The notes below the pieces were generated by a model. The model did no database searches and had not been told where the DNA came from. It saw nothing but the letters and a program-made list of their open reading frames with translations. From Felis catus (lineage: Eukaryota), in the NCBI RefSeq assembly GCF_018350175.1, contig NC_058368.1:54314001-54378000 (forward strand): 64,000 bases of DNA. Reading direction: 5' to 3'. Positions 53,183 through 64,000 of the stretch are shown piece after piece (the stretch's first letter is position 1; the number at the start of each line of letters is the position of its first letter). Made by a program: the position numbers and the translations under genes.

Positions 53183-53471
53183 AGGAGGAAGCATTCTTAA
53201 ATAAAGAGAAAAAATAGCAATATACATTACTAATACAGGAAAACTTTATAGTAATGAATTATATACCCCCCCAAATTGTGACACATTATTTTCTCAGTTT
53301 TTGCTGATTTCCTGTAGCATATTACTTTGAACTCTACTTCTGTATAGATTCCTTTTAAAGGATTTACACAATGCAAGATTAATATAAATCTGCTTGGAAT
53401 ACTGTCACATGCCCAAGCCTAAACCAACCTCAGGTATAAAAAAGGAAATAATGCAATTGATTTGAAATAGC

Positions 53472-53697
53472 CATGGTTCACTCCATGGGACTGGGGTATT
53501 CTCATTGTTTATCAAGACCCAGGCCTTGTCAGAGAGGTAGGAATAAGTTAGAAGGGAAGAAATTGGGAATAATTGGGGGGTAGCTACTCAGCAGGTTTGT
53601 TTCTCAGTTGTGCAAGCCAGGGAAAGAAAGTTTGTGGCTTAACTGTTCTGAACCATAGTCATGGTTCACTCCATGGGACTGGGGTATTCTCATTGTT
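53472..53697 (+). repeat. Perfect 38-bp dispersed direct repeat (53472-53509 and 53660-53697)
   Basis: catggttcactccatgggactggggtattctcattgtt occurs twice, 150 bp apart. Confidence 0.95.
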
Positions 53698-53779
53698 GTC
53701 ATTGTTGTCATTATTATCCATCTCCAATTCCACAAATAAGATACACCTTCAATAGAAAAAAAAAACACCCTATCATTTA

Positions 53780-53948
53780 GAGCTGTGCTTCTCAAATGTT
53801 AAGTGAATATGAATTACATGAAGATCTTTTAGACTTGCAGATTGTGATTCAGTATATCCAGAGAGTAGCCTGAATTTCTGTTTTTCAAACAGCCCCTCAG
53901 GTCATGTCCATGCAGCTGGTCCAGAGACCACATTTTGTATAGGAAAGC
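53780..53948 (+). mobile_element. MER5A-like hAT element
   Basis: gtgcttctcaaa...gcagattgtgattcagta...gctggtccagagaccacattttg. Confidence 0.7.
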
Positions 53949-54654
53949 ATGTGATGTCAATCTAACTCCACTTCCTTGCTAATAAACACCAAGTGCTCAA
54001 AGAAAGTAATCACAGACAGTTCTGGAATTACAAAAGAAAGTATGATTCTTTGAAGTTTAAGATGAAATCTTTGGATAACACAGGATGTTGTGAGCCAATT
54101 ATGCCATTGCTATTTATATGTCTTTCATTGCATAGGATTTTCTTGCAGGAGCCCTATGCATATTATTTTTCTGTAATCAATGTAATTAGAACCAAGGACA
54201 ATTTAATCCGATTTCTATAGTTCCTAATTTCTAGATTGTGGTTTATTTTCCTCATGTAGAATAAAACATAAAGAATGTAAACCTTCAAATTTCTGTTTGA
54301 CAAAAGAAGGATGTGGTTAATCTGGACAGAAATTAATATATATTGCTATTATTTTCTGAATTTTATAAGGAGTATTGAGCAATGATTAAATAAAAGGTTG
54401 GTTGACATTATTTGATAAGAATCTAATTCAAGCATTTGAACTACTCAGTAACATTAGCAACAGAATATCCTATGGAGTTTTATAAACCAAGTTCAGGCCA
54501 GATGTTTTAGTAGGCTATATTCAGTTTCTCTGGCTATGAACTACAATACACAGCAACTCATTGAAAAGGAAATAATTTAGGCAATCAATATAATTTAGTA
54601 AAATTGATTTTTTAAAAGGACTGCATAAATGTTACATTGAATTTACTTTCATTT

Positions 54655-54890
54655 CATTTAAAAAATTTTTTAAGTTTATGTATGTATGTATTTACTGAGA
54701 GAGAGAGAGGGAGAGAAAGAGAGAGAGGGGGAGCATGAACATGGGAGGGGCAGAGGAGAGAGAGAGTCCCAAGCAGGCTCCGCACTGTCAGTGTGGAGCC
54801 CAATGTGGGGCTCGAACTCAAAAACCATGAGATCACGACCTGAGCCAAAATCAAGAGTCAGACACTTAACTGACTGAGCCGCCTGGCCCC
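54655..54890 (-). mobile_element. Carnivore SINE (SINEC)
   Basis: SINE body; eroded TSD tactt[t/g]cattt. Confidence 0.9.
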
Positions 54891-55279
54891 ACTACTTGCA
54901 TTTTCATACTGTGAAAACATACTCATACATAACATCTCAAAATATGTCGGAAATGAAAGAAAAGACAGGAACAATGGCTCAGTACCTAGTACATAGAAAC
55001 CATTAACTATTTGTATGGGATAGCTAAAGACCATTTTTGAGAAACTATAGCAGGTGCTTTTGATACCCTATGTCCCATCCGTATGTATACCTCTGATTTG
55101 AACTATAACAATGGGGAAAAAACTCCCTGTTCATTGACAGCTTTTCACCTCAAATGTTTATCACATATCTTTCTAATCTTTTGCCTCAGGTTCTTCTCAG
55201 TAGTTGTCTCGAGGAGTCTGCTCAGACTTAGGTGCAAATGCAGCCTGAAAATCAAGAGAAAATTCTCAGAAGTGTTCTA

Positions 55280-57291
55280 CAGACATACTTTGAAGATATT
55301 TCAGGTTTGGTTCCAGATCACCACAGTAAAGCAAATATAGAAATAAAGCAAGTCAAATGAGGTTTTTGGTTTCCCAGTGCATATAAAAATTATGTTTAGG
55401 GGTGTTTGGGTGGCTCAGTTGGTTAAGTGTCTCACTCTTGATTTCAGCTGGGGTCATGATCCCAGCATCATGAGACTGAGCCCCTCATCCAACTCCATGC
55501 TAAGCATGAAGCCTGCTTGAGATTCTCTCTCTCTCCCTCTGCCTGTCTCCCCCACTCATGCTCTCTCTCTCTCTCTCTCTCTCAAAATCATGTTTACACT
55601 ATACTGTAGTCTATTAAGTGTGAAATAGCATTATGTCTAAAAAAACAATGTATATACCCTAATTAAAAATACTTTATTGCTAAAAAATGCTAACCACCAT
55701 CTGAGCTTTCATTAAGTCATAGTCTTTTTGCTGGTTGAGATTCGTTCTGGATGTTTATGGCTGCTGACTGATCAGAGTGATGGCTGCTGAGGGTTGGGGT
55801 GGCTGTGAGAATTTCTTAAAATAAGACAACAATGAGGTTCGCTGTATTGATTGGTCTTTCTTTTCACAAATAATTTCTCTGTAGCATGCAATGGTGTTTG
55901 ACAGCATTTCACTCACAATAGAACTTCTTTCAAATTGGAGTCAATCGTCTCAAACTCTGCTGCTGCTTTATCAAATGATTTTATGCAATATTTTAAATCA
56001 TTTCTTGTCATTTCAACAATCTTCACAGCATCTTCACCAGGAGTAGATTCCATATCAAGAAACCACTTTGCTCATCTATAATAAGCAACTCTTCACCTGT
56101 TAAATTTTATCATGAAATTGCAGCAATTCAGTCACAATTTAGGCTCCACTTCTAAATCTAGTTCTCTTGCTGTTTTCATCACCTCTGCAGTTACTTCTTC
56201 CACACAAGTCTTGAACCCTTCAAAGTCATCCCTGAGGGCTGGAATCAACTTCTCCCAAACCCTAGTTCATATTGATATTTTGACCTCTTTTAATGAATCA
56301 CAAATGTTCTTAATGCCATCTCGAATGGTGAATCCTTCTATAGAAGCTATAGCCTTACCAAATGTATTTCTTCTTGACCCATGGACTGCAGAATGGATGT
56401 TGTTTTAGCAGGCAAGGAAACACTTCTCTCATTATTTATCTCCTTCAGAGTTCTTGGGTGACCAGGTCCAGGTGTATCGTCAGCAAGCAGTAATATTTTG
56501 AAAGAAATCTTTTTTTTGGGGGGGGGGACCTATTATTTTCAGAATGGTCAATGAGCATGGGCTTCAATTTTAAGTCACCAGTTGTACTAGCCCCTAACAA
56601 GAGAGTCAGCCTGTCTTTTGAAGCTTTGAATCTGGGCATTTCTTCTCTTCTCTAGCTATGAAAGTCCAAAATGCCATCTTCTTCCAATAAAATCTGTTTC
56701 ATCTACACTGAAAATGTTTCTTTAGTGTAGCCACCCTCATTAATTCCTCATTATTCATTTGTTCCTTGGAGTAGCTCTTCTGATTTCCTTCAAGAACTTT
56801 TCATCTGCATTCGTAACTTGGCTAAATGTTTGGCACAAGAGGCCTCCCCTTTGGCCTATCTCAGCTTTTCAACATGCCTTCATCACCAAGTCAACCATTT
56901 CTAGCTTTTGATTTAAAGTGAGAGACATGTGACTCTTCCTTTCACATGGACATTTAGAGGCCATAACTTAGGGTCATTAATTGGCCTGATTTCAGTATTG
57001 TTGTGTCTTAAGGAATAGAGAAAACTGAATAAAGGAAGAGAGATAGGGGAACAGATGGTTGGCAGAACAATCAGAACACATAAAACATTTATTAAAGTTA
57101 CTGTGTGATATGGGTTTGTGGTGCCCCAAAACAATTACTGTAGTAATATCAAAGATCACTGGTCACAGATGACCACAACAAATATAATAATAATGAGAAA
57201 TTTGAAATATCGCAAGAATTACCAAAATGTGACACAGAGACATGAAGTGAGCAAATGGTATTGGAAAAATGGCACTGATAGGCTTGTTGGA
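55280..57291 (-). mobile_element. Tigger1 (TcMar-Tigger) fossil with internal deletions, one TIR lost
   Basis: TA plus cagacatac TIR at 55280; transposase remnant MPRFKASKDRLTLLLGASTTGDLKLKPMLI (56445-56639) matches the Tigger1/TIGD1 DDE region. Confidence 0.9.
55399..55583 (+). mobile_element. Carnivore SINE nested in Tigger1, essentially tailless
   Basis: TSD aaaat[t/c]atgttta at 55386-55398 and 55584-55596. Confidence 0.9.
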
Positions 57292-57329
57292 CTATGTGCA
57301 GATATGTGAGAGGCAGTATGTTCTATTGA

Positions 57330-57539
57330 AAAACTCCAGAACTTTCAAACTTGATACTCACTGAACAGCTCCTCATTTATTAAAACACCCACCCCCGCCG
57401 GCCTTGGTAACTGTAATTGTGTCCTCTGTGTCTATGAATTTGACTATTATAGATACCTTACATAAGTGGAATTATATAGTATTTGTTTCCACTGTAACTG
57501 GCTTATGAATGAGCCTGGAGGACATTATGCTAAAGAAAA
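57330..57539 (-). mobile_element. L1MA/MB 3' fragment with an inverted terminal segment
   Basis: Antisense L1 up to ...actggctta, then sense-strand tgaatgagcctggaggacattatgctaa. Confidence 0.7.
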
Positions 57540-58070
57540 TGTTCTCTTGATGAAGTTTTATTCTTGCAAAATTTCAGACAGAATATTCTTCATTGGAACT
57601 CACATCATTTTTTTTCCCCTTTACTCCTTGTGGGCATAGATAGTTTTCTTTAACCTCTCTAAATGATTAGAAGATGAGATAGTCTATTTTACTAAGCATA
57701 ATTCACATAATTCAAAGTAGTGGAATTATTTATAGGATGATAATAAAGAACTTTTATATGCATAATAGTCCATGCATAATAGTCATTAAATTATGCAAGA
57801 CAGCCACTAAGTAAGTCATAGTTAGGTGAGAAAACATGTTCCTTAACTCTTTACTTTGTAAGCCTTAATCTTATACCTTGCCATGTCTCTAGTCTAAAAT
57901 AAAGTTAATATCTAACTCACAGGGATGATTTGAATAATATAAGAAAACTGCCTTGAAATAGTGGTTGTTAAAAAAATCTATGATGATGAGCCTTTTAACT
58001 TCCATTTTTGCTTAATAATTAACTTAATACAATTTTATTTATTTTTTATTCTACAATATTTATCAGTTGT

Positions 58071-58271
58071 CTTTTTTTTTTAAGAGAGAGAGAGAGAGAG
58101 AGAGAGAAGTGGGGGAGAAGAGCAGAGGGAAAAAGAGAGAGAATCTCAAGCAGGCTCCATGCTCAGCACAAAGCCCCATGTGGGGCTTGATCCCATGATC
58201 CTGGGATTGATCATGACCTAAGCCTGAATCAAGAGTCTGACACTCAGCTCACTGAGCCATCCAGGCACCCC
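58071..58271 (-). mobile_element. Carnivore SINE (SINEC)
   Basis: Poly-T, (GA)n, head ending ccaggcacccc. Confidence 0.9.
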
Positions 58272-58784
58272 TCAATTGTTTTCTACTATGCTAAGTACAA
58301 TATGACATCAAGATAGATAAAATTCATAATATATTTAATGAAAAATACTCTTGTATTGTCAAAATAATTTCTAGTTCATATTTTCCTTGGCTTATCCAAC
58401 AGACAACACGACAGTATTAAAATTTGTAAATAGGTAAATTGAAAGCGTAGTTGGATATAATTTTGGTAACGGATTGATATTTTGCACTAAGACTTGATTG
58501 ACACAAGCTAATAATTAAACACCTACATGCAAGATACTACATTAGGCACTGTGGAGGATATTAAAAACAATGTCTAAGGCATTCCTCAACATTGAAATCA
58601 GTAAAAATCAAGGATGAAGGGAAAGATACCAGGTTTGCAAAAACATGAGGCAATGGTAATCACATATGAATTTAGTGTAGTTTTTGCTTTTACCAGTTTG
58701 ATCTCTTATTTTGTTTTGCATTTCTGGAGATAGGATTTGCTAAGGTCAATACACAAACTTACTATAAATAGGGAAAGATTGAAC

Positions 58785-59777
58785 CTTATGAGACTCCCTG
58801 CATCCCTTCAGATGCCAGTCACAAGCTCAGGTTGTCACTTGTGTTTCTGACCCTCTGACCAACTGGTTATAGATTGGAGGTTCCATCAATCCCCTCCTTA
58901 AGTTGGATTGATTTGTTAGAGTGGTTCACAGGGCTCATAGGAACATTCTACTTACTAGATTTCTGGTTTATTATAAAAGGATGTAAGTTGGGAATAGCCA
59001 GTTAGAAGAGATGTAAGGGCAAGGTATTGGGAGAGGGAGTGTGGCTTCCATGCTTTTTCCAGGTATGCCACTCCCCCAGTACCTGTTTACCAACCAGAAG
59101 CTCTCTGAACTGAGTTCTTTTGAGTTTTTATGGAAGCTTCATTACAAAGGAATGATTGATTAAATCATTGGCCTTGGTGACTGATTGTACTCAATCTCCA
59201 CCCTCTTTCCCCTCCCCAGAGGTCAGGGGGGTGGAACTGAAAGTTCCAACTCTCTAATCACATTGTTGGTTCTCCTGGGCAACTAACTCCCCATCCTTAG
59301 GTACAGTCCAAAAGTCCCCATATTAACATAACAAAGAAAACCTTTCTGGCTCTCCTCACAGGAAATTCCAAGGGTTGTAGGAGATCTGTGCCAGGAAAAG
59401 GGTGAAGAATAAATACAGTTGACCTTTGAACAATGCCGAGGTTAGGGGTGCCAACCTCCATGCAGTAGAAAATCTGGGTATAAATTTTGACTTCTCCAAA
59501 ACTTAACTGATAGCAGCCTACTGTTGACTGGAAGCCTACAGATAACATAAACAGTTGATTAACACATATTTTGTATGATATATGTGTTACATGCTATATT
59601 CCTGCAATAAATTAAGCTAGAGTAAAGAAAATGCTATTAAGAAAATTATGAGGAGGAAACACATGTACACTACTGTATTGAAAAAAATCCATAGACAAGT
59701 GGACCCATGATATTTGAATCCATGCTGTTCAAGGGTTAATTATATATATATTTTTAATTATAAGTCATTGTGTCACA
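58785..59777 (-). mobile_element. MER21-like LTR split by Tigger2a
   Basis: cttcagatgccagtcacaag...ggtttattataaaagga...gaaattccaaggg; resumes after 59742 and ends ...tcaca. Confidence 0.75.
59416..59742. mobile_element. Tigger2a-type non-autonomous DNA transposon
   Basis: TA-flanked TIRs cagttgacctttgaaca and tgttcaagggttaatta. Confidence 0.85.
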
Positions 59778-60231
59778 GATCACTTTTTCAGGAAGCTCAG
59801 AGAAGTTAGAGACAGCGACGTTACTTTGGAAGCTACAGAAATTACTGTTACAGAAGATGGCATTAGTTCTTACTAGATGTTGCATCAATACCTTCCATGA
59901 AACATGGCCACTGTTTACACACAGTGCACAGCAACAAAACACAACAAAAAATGCAGGGAGTTTGTGTCAACAGAACATCTTTCAAACATCTATTTTAAGC
60001 AGACTCGATTCATGACAGTCATTTGTTTGGAATAGTTCTGTAAATGGCAAGAAAATGATCAGTACACATTTGAGTTTTCTCAGTGGTTGGACCATGAACT
60101 ATGACATTTCTTAAAGTAGTTTGGCATTCAATGTCCCATCCAGACTGACTGTATAGGTACAGATACTAATAAATTAATTTTTCCTTTCACTATTTTTTCA
60201 TTTCTGACTTCATCAGCTTTTTATTAGTTTC

Positions 60232-60458
60232 TTTTTTTAAATGTTTATTTATTTTTGAGAGAGAGAGAGAGAGAGAGAGACAGAGACAAAGCATGAGCAG
60301 GGTAGGGGCAGAGAGAGAGGGAGACATAGAATCTGAAGCAGGCTCCAAGCTCCGAGCTGTCAGCACAGAGCCCAATGTGGGACTTGAACTCAAGAACCAC
60401 GAGATCATGATCTAAGCCGAAGTCAGACACTCAACTGACTGAGCCACGCAGGCATCCC
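60232..60458 (-). mobile_element. Felid SINE
   Basis: Full SINE body with (GA)n; eroded TSD tttatta. Confidence 0.92.
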
Positions 60459-60494
60459 TTTATTAATATCTAACACATATTTAAAAAGAAAGTA

Positions 60495-60705
60495 GGGATG
60501 CTTGCGTGGTTCAGTTGGCTAAGTGTCTCACTTGGTTGTGGCTCAGCTCATGGTCTCATGGTGAGTTCAAGCCCCACGTTGGACTCTGCACTGACAGCCT
60601 GCTTGGGATTCTCCCTCTCTGCCCTTTCCCTCCCCCTCAAAATAAATAAAAACAAAAAAAGAAAGAAAGAAGAAAGAAAGAAAGAAGAAAGAAAGAAAGA
60701 AAACA
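60495..60705 (+). mobile_element. Degraded SINE with (GAAA)n tail
   Basis: Degenerate head, CT tract, GAAA-expanded tail. Confidence 0.8.
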
Positions 60706-60929
60706 CAGAAACTGAAACAAGAAAAGCATGACAAACTAATTAACTTTACTCATTATCAAGCCTCATCGAGTAAGGTCTGCTGGAGTCAATGGCTGTTCGT
60801 ATCACACTTCAGCCAGAGCTACAGCTCGTAGGAGACCTTAAGGCCAAAGATGTCTTTAGGCATGCTTGACAAGGAAAAAGTACTGCATCTGGGCTCAGGC
60901 AGAAAATTGCATTACCTATATGACTTATT

Positions 60930-61300
60930 TATTCTTGGGCCACCTCTCAGCTTTCCTGTTTGTTCTGTGTCTTACTGAACTGAGGTCTCTGAATTGGCCG
61001 TGAAGATGCCACTGTCACCACTAGTGGACAAAACCTCCATAGCTTTCACTATGAATCCACTGTCACTGGACAGATTTTGCACAGTGCTTCTAGAATCACA
61101 TGACAGTTGCATCAGGACTCTGGGCATGACGGCTATTGCTGCCACTGCTTTCACCATATTCAATGCTGCAAACCCTTGCTTTTCTTGCCTTGTTTCTATT
61201 TTGAAGTCTGTGCCGAGGGCATTGGATTGACTGCTGATTTCATGTGTCCACACCCTAGCTGCATGAGAGGTTACAAAAACTTTTCAAACTTTCAATGATG
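60930..61300. mobile_element. Possible old MLT1 (J/K/L-like) LTR
   Basis: gcattggattg...catgtgtccacaccctagctgcatgagagg resembles an MLT1 motif; weak. Confidence 0.4.
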
Positions 61301-63627
61301 GGAGATGTTCTCTGTCACACATAGTAGGTGGAGGATTCTCTAGACACAACAAAACGCAGCCCAAGAGGATAAAAAATGACCACTGCATCTCTCTTACAAA
61401 GCAATGGAGAGACTATTGTACTGGAAGTCAAGAGACTGACTCTTTACACCTGGCACTGTCACTTCCTTGGTTTTTCACTATGACTAGCTAATTTTACTAT
61501 TTTGGGCCTTGCTTTGCCTATTACGACATGGGGTTGAAGAACATAATCTTCTAATTTCATACCTACTATAGATCCTACTTTGATCTAACACTTGTGTACT
61601 CTTCCAACCAGTTTTTGTGACCTTTGAGAAAGATCCTACCTGTACAATGATCCCTTTTCCCCATCACTGGTGGCACAGTAAATGAGAGGGCAAAATTAAT
61701 AATAACATTCATATATTTGCATCATCTGTCCCCATTTTTGCCATGGCTATAAAAACTTTGTCAGACTACTGATCTTATCAAGTTAAGAAATATAATAGAA
61801 TGTTTTTTATTTGAAATGTTTATTTAAATTATTTTATTTCATAGATAATCACAATACCCCCGAAAAAGCGACATCACCTTGAATGAGTTATCAAAATTTA
61901 GGAAGAAACAAAGTTCATTATTTTGTGTAAGAATGATTTATGATTCTTTTCCCCTGCATTCTATCTCTTTATAACACTTATATGTCTAACGGTGTGGTGA
62001 GGTCAGTTGGGATTTAATTTAAAAATTGCTTTACCTCTTCTCTCCTACTGTCCTATTGGGGGTCAAGGACAGGAAATACATGGAACCCAAGGCAATGATG
62101 GTACAGGGCACTTTGTGATGTTCATGTGTGGATCCTGACACTAACAATTAAATAGTGATTTGCCTGGACTGTCTATGGTGTGTTTTTCACACACAAATCA
62201 GTAGGAGATACAGACGACCTCAGGGTTTATGACTCTGACCATTTATCTTTGGTATTCTTTAACAAGGTGTATGAAAGAGACTTGCTCTGGAGTCTCAATC
62301 CCTTACACATGAGAAATTAGGTCTTTGTGTTAGAAATAGACTTAATCCAAGGTGTCTAATTAATAAGAATCTGGTTTTGGTGATAATAGAAGATTTGTTT
62401 CTCGGGTGAAGATGAATTCGCATTAAAATAGGTATAGCTGCAGTGTGTTTGTTTTGGATTTCATACTGGTGGTACCAGACAGATCTGAATGGTACAAAAT
62501 GGTTGCTTAGATTCTATCCCTTGAGGTGGTTTTAGTTTCGTTTCGTTTCATTTCAATATCTGCTTGTTCCTCATCACTATCTTCACTAACTTATGGGAAC
62601 AAAGAGGCAGCTTTGTCAGAAACAATTTATAAGCTTCAGTGTGGCACTTCTCAGAGAACCAATCCCACGATGTGCTCTCAAATAAGCTCTTGTTTATTTC
62701 TTTATGAGTTTGGGGGGTTGGGTGAAGAGAAGGTGAAAGAACATAAGTAAAAAAAAATCAAAACTGAAGCCATAGTAATTCTCTTGGCTTGTCTCCAGGA
62801 CATCCGGAGATGAGCTTTTTTGTGATGGTCTGTCTTGACTAAGGCCCCCAGTGGATGTTAGGTAGTAAATACTAAGATTTTGGCTGTATCATATGTGTTA
62901 ACCACAGCAAGTGAGTTGAATTAGTTAACAAAGAAAGATGAAGGAAAACTCAGATACCTATCGCATGGAAGCTTTTCCATCAGATGAAGGAAAAACTTAA
63001 CTATACTACCACAAAACAAGGACTTATCCTCCATGGAAACATGGAGTCTGTTTTAAGAAGAGTAAGAAGGAAAACTACAGTTAGGAAATAACCTTCACAA
63101 CTCTGTAAGTAAACTAAAAACTATTGCTGAAGTTGTGGATATTGGGAAAAAACTCAGTGAGACACAGAATCATCTTTACACACAGGATTTGATGTAGTGA
63201 TCGAATGACAACCCATATGAAACAACAATAACAACAATAAACTCAGTGGTAAGATGTATTTGTTCTTTAAGTAAAGGAGAAAAGGATGTAGGTAAAAACC
63301 ATGTTGAAATTTATAAATACGACCCATTTAAAGAAGTCAGGAGATCAAAGCAAGGGCAGTCAAGCTTTTCTAATACAAGGATATGGCTTGCATAGAAGAA
63401 TATCTGCCATTAAATTACAACAGTTACCCAGGACCTAAAATTTGAGAAATGAAAAGATTTTAGGGAGAAGTGCAATTTATCCATGTTGCTCCACAGAGGA
63501 TGTGGATAATAGTTTTGGGAAATACAGGTCACAACTGAAAGTTGGGTAGTACAAATTTCCACTTTAAATATCTGTCCTAGGGATTCTCCAGATTGGGAAA
63601 TGTTTGGAAAGAAGATTAACTCAAATA

Positions 63628-63820
63628 AAAGAAGAAGGAAGGAAGGAAGGAAGGAAGGAAGGAAGGAAGGAAGGGAGGAAGGGAGGGAGGGAAAAGAGAA
63701 AGAATGAGAGAAAAATAAAGAAAAAGAGAAAGAAAAGGAAAGAAAGAAAGGAGGGAGGAGAGGAGAGAAGGGGAGGAGAGGAGAGGAGAGAGGAAGGCAA
63801 AGGGAGGAAGAAAGAAAGAG
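63628..63820. repeat. (GGAA)n / GA-rich polypurine tract
   Basis: Directly visible. Confidence 0.95.
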
Positions 63821-64000
63821 TACAATTAAGATTCCAAACTTGTCTTCGTCCTTCACACCCAAATCACTGGTGCTGAGAGTCGGAAGTCCCTATGTTGCTC
63901 TGAAATTCACCTTAGAAGCACAAATGTGGGTTAATGATTCAAAGTTAAGCCCCTTTTATAACTCATTTATCCTATCATGCTGGTTGCCTTCCATCAAGAG

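Noticed and set aside
53472..53697. CRISPR-like repeat-spacer-repeat
   Set aside because: Mammalian DNA, only two repeats, a 150-bp spacer and no cas genes.
56445..56639. Tigger transposase ORF as a domesticated TIGD gene
   Set aside because: Only a short fragment, with frameshifts and deletions across the element.
60972..61298. Overlapping 63-93 aa ORFs that look protein-like
   Set aside because: No recognisable domain or splice context; the sequence resembles an old MLT1 LTR.
63410..63876. ORFs of 69-150 aa
   Set aside because: Artefacts of (GGAA)n low-complexity sequence; the same applies at 39640-39937.

Overview
This is an AT-rich, repeat-dense mammalian genomic window. The SINE and LINE-1 sequences indicate a carnivore, most likely a felid (SINEC_Fc-type tRNA-derived SINEs, L1_Fc-type LINE-1). 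I could not support any host-gene exon with confidence, so the window is intergenic or intronic. It holds two full-length, roughly 5.9 kb LINE-1 elements on the minus strand. Copy 1 (~2014-7936) is inactivated by stops and frameshifts and has no visible target-site duplication (TSD). Copy 2 (~23297-29226) has an open ORF1 (297 aa), an open ORF2 (1274 aa), a 5' YY1 site and a perfect 16-bp TSD, making it a candidate retrotransposition-competent element. The rest is about 20 SINEs, old L1/L2/MIR fragments, LTRs (MLT1-like, MER21-like), DNA transposon fossils (Tigger1, Tigger2a, MER47/Tigger5, MER20, MER5A) and microsatellites. I found no convincing new biological system. The best leads are the intact L1, a cluster of amino-acid changes in its ORF1 C-terminal domain, an antisense ORF0-like frame, a candidate 27-nt microexon, an RFX X-box and several readable insertion events. 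Repeat family names come from recalled consensus sequences, not a database search, and boundaries of old elements are approximate.
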